This document shows positions 25,136 through 32,000 of a DNA stretch of 32,000 nucleotides, in pieces (within the stretch, counting starts at the first letter, position 1; each line of letters starts with the position of its first letter). This DNA comes from Candidatus Hadarchaeales archaeon (GTDB taxonomy: Archaea; Hadarchaeota; Hadarchaeia; Hadarchaeales; Hadarchaeaceae), in assembly GCA_038823825.1 (NCBI GenBank), contig JAWBCC010000001.1, forward strand, positions 390,001 to 422,000, written 5' to 3'. The position numbers and the translations under genes were made by a program. The notes under the pieces are model-generated. The model ran no database searches, was not told the DNA's origin, and was given only the letters and a program-made list of their open reading frames with translations.

Positions 25136-25992
25136 CTTTCCTCTCTCCTTTCAAACAACTCGTATAACAGTTTGTATGCTTTTTCCATTTCTTTCCTGCT
25201 GAATAACTTCTTGAGCTCCATAAACTCCTTCTCCACGACACCAGCATCTCCAGCTGAAAGAGCCACGTCAAGAGATCTGCAGACTTCGAGCATTCTTTCT
25301 CTCACGATGCTCGCATATTTGTTGTGAACCTGTATCTCACCATACAGTTTTGGACTGCGCGTTAGAAAAGCCTTGCTCGCCAGAAGAAGATGAGCGAACA
25401 TCGGTGTCTTTACATCCTCCACAAGAAAATCTTTCATAGAGTTCAAAGTGAGAACAAAAGAAAGTACTGAAAAATGGGGGAGGCACTGAACGACGGCCAT
25501 AAGTTTGTCATGCTCGTCCGCTTTCATCTCCACAACGTTCGCGCCCATTTCCGAAATCCTTTCCTTAAACTTTTTGTACATCCGGTCGACCTTTACCGGC
25601 ACAAAAATGATGTCCTTTCCGCGGAGGTCCGACGCCCCCGGCCCAAAAAGTGGATGAATTGAAGCCATTTCCGCTTCCGTTTTTAGCTCCTTCATTGTGT
25701 CAACTATCTCCTCTTTGACTGAGCAGATATCCACCAGCAAACTTCTAGAACCCAAAACCCTGGCGATTTTTTCAATGGTTTCTGGGGCAGCAGATATTGG
25801 AACAGCAACAATCACCAGCTCAGACTTACGAGCGATGTCCTCTGCTTCTCCAAACTCGACCCCGAGCTCCTCCGCCACCATTTTCATTCTTTTAGCCTTT
25901 ATGTCGTGAACCAACACCTCATCACCAGCATCTTTGAAGAGTTTTGCAAACCATTTGCCCATTCCGCCTACTCCGATCACCGCAACCTTCAT
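25132..25992 (-). CDS. tyrA: Prephenate dehydrogenase TyrA
   Basis: Start at ATG 25992 (MKVAVIGVGGMGKWFAKLF, Rossmann GxGxxG) behind GGAGGG. ATGA overlap with the aroE stop. LVDICSVK, ASIHPLFGP and the ADEHDKLMAVVQCLPH blocks. The ORF-track N-terminal extension to 26061 is unlikely. Confidence 0.85.
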   Translation of the reverse strand: MKVAVIGVGGMGKWFAKLFKDAGDEVLVHDIKAKRMKMVAEELGVEFGEAEDIARKSELVIVAVPISAAPETIEKIARVLGSRSLLVDICSVKEEIVDTMKELKTEAEMASIHPLFGPGASDLRGKDIIFVPVKVDRMYKKFKERISEMGANVVEMKADEHDKLMAVVQCLPHFSVLSFVLTLNSMKDFLVEDVKTPMFAHLLLASKAFLTRSPKLYGEIQVHNKYASIVRERMLEVCRSLDVALSAGDAGVVEKEFMELKKLFSRKEMEKAYKLLYELFERREER

Positions 25993-26846
25993 CGTTTTCC
26001 CTCCAGATATTCCTGCACAGCTCTTTTCATATCTTCGACTGGAGCGTCTTTTCCTGTCCATATCTTGAACGCTATGGCAGCCTGATTGATCAACATGCCT
26101 AAACCGTTTACAGTTCTAGCTCCGACCTTTTCCGCCTCTTTTAGTAGTCTCGTTTTGAGTGGCTTGTAGACGATGTCATACACAACTAAATTCTTGTGCA
26201 TAAGATCTGAAGTTACCAGCGTTTCGTCGACATTCGGCATCATCCCAACAGAAGTCGTGTTTACAAGTATGTCTGCCCGGGAAATTTCTTCTCTAAGCTT
26301 TTCCCGATCAAGGGAAATGACTCCCACAGATTTCCCGAGTTTTTTACTTATGATCTCGGCCAGAGCTTCAGCCTTTGAAAGCGTCCTGTTCGCAATAGTA
26401 AGCTCACAACCCGCCTTCGCCAGCGAGAAAGCCACGGCTCTGGCGGCGCCTCCAGCTCCGAGAAGCAAGACCCTTTTTCCATTAACTGATCCGATTTCCT
26501 TTTCAAGAGCCATGAGCGCTCCACGCCCATCGGTGTTGTATCCGATCAGCTTACCATCCTCATTAACAACTGTGTTCACGGCTTCGACCTCCTTAGCGGA
26601 TTCGTTAAGAGAATCGAGCAACTCGATTATTGCCACTTTATGTGGTATGGTAACATTGAAACCGCGGATCCCCGCCCGTCTAATCGTGAAAACAAATTCT
26701 GAGAGGATTGAAGGAGGAACACGTACAGCTGCATAAATCGCGTTCATTCCTAATCTTCGGAATGCCGTATTAAAGATTAGAGGAGAAAGAGTACCTTCTA
26801 CGGGATCCCCTATCAGCATGAAGAGTTCCGGTTGCCTTTTTCTCAA
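25989..26846 (-). CDS. aroE: Shikimate 5-dehydrogenase AroE
   Basis: LIGDPVEGTLSPLIFNTAF, NVTIPHK, NTDG, LLGAGGAARA and the VYKPLKT blocks. Start proposed at TTG 26846 (GGGAGGTCA + 4 nt), giving a TTGA start/stop overlap with aroD and an N-terminal length matching known archaeal AroE. GTG 26861 and ATG 26819 are alternatives. Confidence 0.9.
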   Translation of the reverse strand: MRKRQPELFMLIGDPVEGTLSPLIFNTAFRRLGMNAIYAAVRVPPSILSEFVFTIRRAGIRGFNVTIPHKVAIIELLDSLNESAKEVEAVNTVVNEDGKLIGYNTDGRGALMALEKEIGSVNGKRVLLLGAGGAARAVAFSLAKAGCELTIANRTLSKAEALAEIISKKLGKSVGVISLDREKLREEISRADILVNTTSVGMMPNVDETLVTSDLMHKNLVVYDIVYKPLKTRLLKEAEKVGARTVNGLGMLINQAAIAFKIWTGKDAPVEDMKRAVQEYLEGKR

Positions 26847-27574
26847 TCTTTGACCTCCCACTCTGGGATTTCCTTCAAAAATGAGATTACCGTTTCGAGA
26901 TCCGGCTGACCGGGAGCCGCCGAAGGTCCTGCCGCCGCATAGATCACGGGGTTGTTTATTACTAAACTGAGATACCGGGTGATCAACCCCTCTTTACCCA
27001 TTCCAAAAGTTATTACAGGTTTTGATAAATTTTTGATCGTCTCAACAGCAAAGTTCATCAGATTCTCCACATCTTTCCAAGATCTGCACATTGTCACGAT
27101 CTTTACAACGTCTGCTCCAGCCTGCTCCATCTTCGTAGCAATCTTCAGAAGACTTTCTGGCTTAGGGGTTCCGCGAAAATCGTGGTGGGAGATTATTATA
27201 CCAGTCCCCCGCGATTTAGCACTTTCAACAACCTTTTGAACGAGTTTCCGAGAAGTAGAAAATTCGATATCTACGCATGCACCAATTCTTTCAATTCCCT
27301 GTAGAAGCCATGCAACTCTTTCTTGCTCGTCGCCGCCAAATCTCCCACCCTCCTTTTTGCTCCTGTTTGTTAGAATGACTGGAGCGTTGATTTTCCCAAG
27401 TTCATCCCAGTCGGGTGCAAGTTTGAACGCGTCAAGCCTGATCTCAACCAAGTTTGCTCCTCTCGCTATGGCAGAATCCGCAAGCGATTTAGCCTCCACT
27501 GAACTCTGCGCAACGACTGAAGCACAAACCGCTGGAGTTTTTATCTTCCATTTCCCTAAGGTGATCTCACCCAT
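26843..27574 (-). CDS. aroD: 3-dehydroquinate dehydratase, type I (AroD)
   Basis: VCASVVA, ANLVEIRLD, VILTNRSKKEGGRF, VDIEF, IISHHDFRGTP and VKIVTM (Schiff-base Lys region). Confidence 0.9.
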   Translation of the reverse strand: MGEITLGKWKIKTPAVCASVVAQSSVEAKSLADSAIARGANLVEIRLDAFKLAPDWDELGKINAPVILTNRSKKEGGRFGGDEQERVAWLLQGIERIGACVDIEFSTSRKLVQKVVESAKSRGTGIIISHHDFRGTPKPESLLKIATKMEQAGADVVKIVTMCRSWKDVENLMNFAVETIKNLSKPVITFGMGKEGLITRYLSLVINNPVIYAAAGPSAAPGQPDLETVISFLKEIPEWEVKD

Positions 27575-27580
27575 ACATAA

Positions 27581-28687
27581 TCACTTCTCGACAACTGTTT
27601 CCTCTACCTTCATCCCAAAATGCCTTCCCCCCTCTTCCACGTAGACGAGCACCTCATCGCCTGGCTTCAGTCTGGTCACTGGTAGCGGCTCTCCTCCAGC
27701 TCCCACCAAATTTATCGTTTCAGCAAGCTGAAGTAGGACCTTATAAACTTTTCCGCCTGCCTCCGCCTCAACAAGTACGAGCGGGCGCCTCTCGATTTTG
27801 ACTCTTCCTACAACAGCTGGACGGAAGTTTCCAGAATGGTCAACTATCAAAACTTCATCACCGGCCTTCAATTCAGTCATGTACTTCGTTTTTCCACCTG
27901 GAATCATTAAATAAGAATGGACTGCTCCGGCGTTCACTCTGAAGGGTCTCTGCTCGACGAACTCGCTCGGCAACGTCTCGGAGTGGACTAGGAAGAGACC
28001 ATTCGACTGACTTCCAACGAGCATGCCCTCTCCCTTGCTCATGAACGATGTTGTGTCAATGCACGCCCTGTCACCGAGACCAGCCGGTTGTACTCTGAAA
28101 ACCTTTGCTCTGCTGAGAGCCAGCTTTCCCTTGGTCAAAGCATCCAATGCCCTACATGTCTTTTCTATTTCCTCTGGACCCAAGTCAAGCGGGTCTAAAA
28201 CTACACCGTCGACACCGATTTCTAAAATCTGCGCAGCAATCGTTGCTTTCTCTGCAGACTTCACTTCAGCAAGCAACTTCGCTCCAGTCTTTTGCAAAGC
28301 AGCTATTATATTCTCAAGCGGGATTATCTCCCAAGACTTCGCCGTGACGAGAATAAAATCGGCAAGACCTGCAAGCCTAATCGCGACTTGTTCGGATTTT
28401 TTATCAAAAACTTCGACCAACACGGCAGTTCTGCGCCCTGCAGATTTCAAATTGCTCAGCTCTTTCTCTGTGGTCTCCAAATCCTTAAACTTTACGAGGA
28501 CTACTCCTACGCCCGGACGATCTTCTTGTGAGACGATAAGAGCCGAACCAAAACAAAGAGCCGATGAGACCTCGCTTCCTTTGACAATTATAGCATCAGC
28601 ACCGCACTCTACTGCTTTCTTCACAAATTCTGCCTTTTCTTCCCATGGCAAATCCCAGTCTGCCTTCACCCAGAGTAGTTTCCGCAA
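27581..28687 (-). CDS. aroB': 3-dehydroquinate synthase II (archaeal AroB', MJ1249-type)
   Basis: 368 aa. N-terminal LWVKADWDLPWEEKAEFVKKAVECGADAIIV and C-terminal RPFRVNAGAVHSYL..VGRVKIERRPLVLVEAE fit the archaeal DHQS-II family. TTG 28687 lies behind AAGGTGA. Confidence 0.88.
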   Translation of the reverse strand: MRKLLWVKADWDLPWEEKAEFVKKAVECGADAIIVKGSEVSSALCFGSALIVSQEDRPGVGVVLVKFKDLETTEKELSNLKSAGRRTAVLVEVFDKKSEQVAIRLAGLADFILVTAKSWEIIPLENIIAALQKTGAKLLAEVKSAEKATIAAQILEIGVDGVVLDPLDLGPEEIEKTCRALDALTKGKLALSRAKVFRVQPAGLGDRACIDTTSFMSKGEGMLVGSQSNGLFLVHSETLPSEFVEQRPFRVNAGAVHSYLMIPGGKTKYMTELKAGDEVLIVDHSGNFRPAVVGRVKIERRPLVLVEAEAGGKVYKVLLQLAETINLVGAGGEPLPVTRLKPGDEVLVYVEEGGRHFGMKVEETVVEK

Positions 28688-28700
28688 GTTCAGTTCACCT

Positions 28701-29552
28701 TTAGAGCTCTTTGAGAGCCTCTTCGACCGTTGCTCCCTCGTGAACTATTTTCGCCAGTGCTCTTGTCATAGCTGTAGGATCTCTGTGTTGGAAGATGTTT
28801 CTCCCGATAGAGATTCCGATAGCTCCGGCTTCCATCGCTTCGTATGCCATTTGAAGCACCTCTTTGTCTGAGCCCATCTTCGGACCTCCTGCTATTACGA
28901 TTGGAACCGGGCAACCGCGCACAACTTTTCGGAAGGACTCAACGCTTCCCGTGTAAACCGTCTTAACTATGTCGGCTCCGAGTTCTGCCCCAACTCTCGC
29001 AGCGTGAGCGACGAGCTCCGGATCATGCTGATTCTGAACCTTTGGACCGCGAGCGTACATCATTGCAAAAAGAGGCATTCCCCACTCGGAACATTTCTCT
29101 GCGACCATTCCGAGCATCTGCAACTGTTCCGGTTCGTTCGGTGCGCCAACATTCACGTGAACGGAAACACCGTCCGCTCCGAGTTTTATCGCTTCCTCGA
29201 CACTTGCCACTTGAACCTTCCAGTTCGGATCCGGACCAAGCGATGTACCTCCGGATAGGTGAATTATCAACCCGATGTCTTTTCCCCTACCTCGATGCCC
29301 GGCTCTGACTATTCCCTTGTGAAGAACAACCGCGTTTGCCCCACCATCCGCAACCTTATCGATTATCGTCGTCATCTCCTCCAAACCGGTTATGGGGCCC
29401 ATTGAAAGTCCATGGTCCATCGGAACTATCACTGTTTTCCTTGTTTTCCTGTCGATTATTCTCTCGAGCCGTATTCTCTTCCCGATTTCCGTCAGAGTCT
29501 CACCTCCTAAATTTCCGTATCGAAACGTATATAAGCGTAATAATCCGGGCAA
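28701..29552 (-). CDS. aroA': 2-amino-3,7-dideoxy-D-threo-hept-6-ulosonate (ADH) synthase AroA' (class I aldolase/DhnA family, MJ0400-type)
   Basis: [35 protein letters not shown], the Schiff-base region DIVKTVYTG and IAGGPK. Assignment to ADHS rather than FBP aldolase rests on its position directly upstream of DHQS-II. The 5' end is uncertain: TTG 29552 (ORF track) or CTG 29495 behind GGAGGTGA. Confidence 0.82.
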   Translation of the reverse strand: MPGLLRLYTFRYGNLGGETLTEIGKRIRLERIIDRKTRKTVIVPMDHGLSMGPITGLEEMTTIIDKVADGGANAVVLHKGIVRAGHRGRGKDIGLIIHLSGGTSLGPDPNWKVQVASVEEAIKLGADGVSVHVNVGAPNEPEQLQMLGMVAEKCSEWGMPLFAMMYARGPKVQNQHDPELVAHAARVGAELGADIVKTVYTGSVESFRKVVRGCPVPIVIAGGPKMGSDKEVLQMAYEAMEAGAIGISIGRNIFQHRDPTAMTRALAKIVHEGATVEEALKEL

Positions 29553-29578
29553 CTATTCGAGCAACAGTCTAATTAGAG

Positions 29579-29585
29579 TAAAAAT
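29579..29585 (+). promoter_or_regulatory. TATA-like box TAAAAAT centred about 25 nt upstream of aroA ATG 29607 (leaderless-type spacing)
   Basis: No SD lies between the box and ATG 29607. The ORF-track TTG 29592 lies only 7 nt after the box. Confidence 0.3.
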
Positions 29586-29606
29586 GCTTAATTGAAATTG
29601 ACGAAA

Positions 29607-30887
29607 ATGAGCAGACTCATTGTCTATCCCTCGCATATCTTTGGAACTATTACGGCGCCGCCCTCAAAGTCATACACGCACAGGGCGTTCATTCTTGCAA
29701 TGCTTGCGAAGGGAAAAAGCAAGATAGAAAATCCGCTCATAAGCTTGGATACACTCGCCACGATTGAGGGTATAAAAACTCTCGGGGCAAAAGTCGAAAG
29801 AACAAACGATGTCTGGATAGTTGAAGGAACTGGTGGTAAAATTTCTCCGAAGAAAGATGTAATCGATGCACGGAATTCTGGAACGACCATGCGTCTACTC
29901 AGTGCAGTGGCTGCTCTTTCGCCAAAACGTTTGAAGATCACCGGCGATGAATCGCTTCTAAGAAGGCCGATGGGTCCACTCATAGAGGCGCTGAGAACTC
30001 TTGGAGCCGATGCTAGATGCGAGGGAGAAAAAGGAAGACCTCCCGTCATCGTCGGTGGCGGTCTACGTGCGGGCAGCGTCGGTCTGCCGGGGAACGTCAG
30101 TTCTCAATTTATCTCGGCGCTTCTTATCGCGGCCACACAGCTTCAGGGAGAAACAGAGATCGAAATAGAAGGAGAACTCGTTTCTAGGCCTTATGTAGAG
30201 ATAACACTGGAGCTCTTGAAGCTTGCCGGATCTGACGTAAAACATTCGCCTGATTTCCGAAAGTTTAGGATAAGGGGCGGACCGCTTAAACCGCTGAACA
30301 TAAAAATACCCGGAGATTTCTCCTCATCCTCATTTCCGCTTGTGGCAGGGGCAATAACGCGATCTAAAGTGAGAATTGAAAATTTGGACTTCGAAGGACC
30401 GCAAGGCGACAAGAGAATCGTCGACTTTTTGCGAGACTTCGGAGCAGAATTGCGTGTAGGAAGAAACTACGTCGAGATTTTTGGAGAATCTCTGGAAGGA
30501 ACCGAACTCGACTGCAAAGATAATCCGGATCTAGTGCCACCGCTAGCTGTCGCCGGAAGCGTAGCTGAGGGGAAAACCGAGATAGTGAATGTTCCACATC
30601 TTAGGGCGAAGGAGAGCGACAGGTTGCACGTTTTGGCCATCGGGCTGGAGAAATTTGGGGTAAAAATTAAGGAATTGCCGGACGGTCTGAGGATCTGGGG
30701 AGTTGAAAAACTCAGGGGCACACACGTGAGTTCCTTCATGGATCACAGAATGGCGATGGCATTTGCGGTGGCCGGGCTGGTGGCTGAAGGAGAAACAGTG
30801 GTCGAGGGTGCAGAAAGCATACCAGTGTCTTATCCAAACTTCGTTGAAGATATGAAGAAACTTGGGGCAAAAATGGAGCTCGTGTAG
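29607..30887 (+). CDS. aroA: 3-phosphoshikimate 1-carboxyvinyltransferase (EPSP synthase) AroA
   Basis: APPSKSYTHRA, ARNSGTTMRLL, LRRPMGPLIEALRTLGA, NVSSQFISALLIA, VSRPYVEITL, GDFSSSSF, PDLVPPLAVAGSVAEGKT, LRAKESDRL and DHRMAMAFAVAGL. Confidence 0.95.
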   Translation: MSRLIVYPSHIFGTITAPPSKSYTHRAFILAMLAKGKSKIENPLISLDTLATIEGIKTLGAKVERTNDVWIVEGTGGKISPKKDVIDARNSGTTMRLLSAVAALSPKRLKITGDESLLRRPMGPLIEALRTLGADARCEGEKGRPPVIVGGGLRAGSVGLPGNVSSQFISALLIAATQLQGETEIEIEGELVSRPYVEITLELLKLAGSDVKHSPDFRKFRIRGGPLKPLNIKIPGDFSSSSFPLVAGAITRSKVRIENLDFEGPQGDKRIVDFLRDFGAELRVGRNYVEIFGESLEGTELDCKDNPDLVPPLAVAGSVAEGKTEIVNVPHLRAKESDRLHVLAIGLEKFGVKIKELPDGLRIWGVEKLRGTHVSSFMDHRMAMAFAVAGLVAEGETVVEGAESIPVSYPNFVEDMKKLGAKMELV

Positions 30888-30958
30888 ATTCTTGGCGCAT
30901 TCCGAACCAATATGTCAAACTTTTAAAGGGAATTTCTACAAAAAGAAGGAGGTGAGAA

Positions 30959-32000
30959 ATGGAAAATCGTTTGACTTATATTTTTATCATCTTCACTATC
31001 TTTTTTGTACAGCAGGTAGTCTGCGAAGAAAAATCAAGCGGAACGATTGAGGCAAGCTTTAGTTTTATGGAAAATCTCCCGATAAATCTCTCAAAACTTG
31101 TATCTTTTCGTCTCCCATCGAATGGAATAGAGATTCTTGTGAAAGATGTTGAAACCGATGAGCCGATCGAAAACGCTGGCATTGTGGGGACCATCGCCTC
31201 GCATAATAAGACCTTTTTAGAATTGCACACGAGGCAAAATGGAAAAGCATTTATCAAAATTTCTGGAAGAGAAAATCACGCCCTAGATATCGTTGTAAGT
31301 GCCCTCGGTTATGCTCAAACTTCTTGGAAAGGGCAGGTCTCGCCTGAAAACAGAAGACTCGTTGTTTACATGTTCTACGATCCGTTCAAAGCATGGATGA
31401 GGAACAATTCATTGAGCTTTTCAAGAAATTACAACTCTCAGGAAAACAGGCTCGGCTGGTATTTTGATTATCGCTGGGAGTATGTAAAAGACGTAGAGGC
31501 GTGGCAGGCACCTTCATATGAAAACAAATCTGGATGGAAACTCGAAAGCTATTGGGCAGCTGATGTCTATCACTGGGAAATCGTTGGATATCAGGATGCC
31601 CAGCAATATACTTGGGTGAAAACTGCGAGTGGCGTCGAGTATGATGCATCTTTCGGCGAATATTACGGGTACAACGTGGGAAACGAGTTTTACCCCCCTG
31701 AGTCTGATGGATCGTACAAGTATAAAATAACGAGTAAAAGAATCGATACGATCGGTTATGATACTAGACAAATCTCTCCAATCCTTCCAAGTAGATATGA
31801 GTACTTTTATCCTCCTTGGACCGGTGGAAATGATAAAAATCTGAGCAAGGTTCCGGTAAAAATAACGGTTAGAGCGGATATCAACAAAGAGGGAGACCCA
31901 GAAGACTGTTTCTCTCTTAAGCTCAATTTGTATATGAAAGCAGTAGAGAACGGGAACGAACCGACGACATTTGAAGGGCAACAAACCTTTACAATTTCCG
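30959..32000 (+). CDS. Hypothetical secreted/anchored protein, Trp/Tyr-rich (C-terminus beyond window end)
   Basis: Own translation: ATG 30959 lies 3 nt after GGAGGTGA (30948-30955), and the frame is open through 32000 (347 codons). It is absent from the ORF track. The N-terminus MENRLTYIFIIFTIFFVQQVVC is a signal/anchor helix. The rest is aromatic-rich, e.g. GWYFDYRWEYVKDVEAWQAPSYENKSGWKLESYWAADVYHWEIVGY. No family recognised. Confidence 0.7.
   Translation, partial: MENRLTYIFIIFTIFFVQQVVCEEKSSGTIEASFSFMENLPINLSKLVSFRLPSNGIEILVKDVETDEPIENAGIVGTIASHNKTFLELHTRQNGKAFIKISGRENHALDIVVSALGYAQTSWKGQVSPENRRLVVYMFYDPFKAWMRNNSLSFSRNYNSQENRLGWYFDYRWEYVKDVEAWQAPSYENKSGWKLESYWAADVYHWEIVGYQDAQQYTWVKTASGVEYDASFGEYYGYNVGNEFYPPESDGSYKYKITSKRIDTIGYDTRQISPILPSRYEYFYPPWTGGNDKNLSKVPVKITVRADINKEGDPEDCFSLKLNLYMKAVENGNEPTTFEGQQTFTIS

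Noticed and set aside
25993-26061. N-terminal extension of tyrA (MDRKRRSSRRYEKSCAGISGGKT)
   Set aside because: It lies entirely inside aroE coding sequence. ATG 25992 has a GGAGGG SD and an ATGA overlap, and it opens directly with the Rossmann motif.
26173-26736. 187-aa plus-strand ORF opposite aroE
   Set aside because: Antisense shadow. The aroE frame carries all the shikimate dehydrogenase motifs.
28023-28871. 282-aa plus-strand ORF opposite DHQS-II and the ADH synthase 3' end
   Set aside because: Antisense shadow of two strongly supported genes. Ser/Ala/Phe-rich, with no SD and no recognisable family.
1-32000. CRISPR arrays, IS elements, prophage or defence-system genes
   Set aside because: I found no regularly spaced direct repeats, no transposase, integrase or Cas-like translations, and no nuclease/ATPase pairs of defence type in any frame. 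The window is housekeeping plus surface proteins.

Overview
Gene-dense archaeal chromosomal segment, almost entirely coding. Archaeal hallmarks in the translations: ADH synthase plus type II 3-dehydroquinate synthase (the archaeal entry into the shikimate pathway), GTP cyclohydrolase III, a short archaeal-type triosephosphate isomerase, split CofG/CofH, ribosomal protein eL41 and archaeal-looking tRNAs. I support 29 protein-coding genes and 3 tRNAs (Arg-CCG, Ala-CGC, Thr-UGU). Three genes are missing from the supplied ORF track: two edge-truncated secreted proteins (1..1782 minus, 30959..32000 plus) and a 39-codon eL41 gene (22771..22890 minus). Content: (a) a minus-strand aromatic amino acid unit aroA'-aroB'-aroD-aroE-tyrA-pheA that runs without real gaps into nadE, a HemK-type methyltransferase and eL41, with EPSP synthase divergent; (b) F420/F0 genes cofC, cofG, cofH plus arfA; (c) thiC, TrpB2, tpiA, sfsA, an ITP/XTPase-family protein, an ATPase-less Lon-type protease, MscL and a DUF438/hemerythrin/PAS protein; (d) cell-surface proteins, including a 1955-aa GLUG/Ig-repeat protein. 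I saw no CRISPR array, transposase, integrase, toxin-antitoxin pair or recognisable defence gene, so I do not claim a new defence-type system. The most unusual observations are: (1) cofG-cofH is translationally chained to two further radical SAM enzymes of unknown function, one AmmeMemoRadiSam-type and one rSAM/SPASM with no substrate gene in sight; (2) in two genes (eL41 and ADH synthase) a perfect GGAGGTGA Shine-Dalgarno is followed 4 nt later by an in-frame CTG instead of ATG/GTG/TTG; (3) the giant repeat-rich surface protein. All family names come from my reading of motifs; no database search was run.
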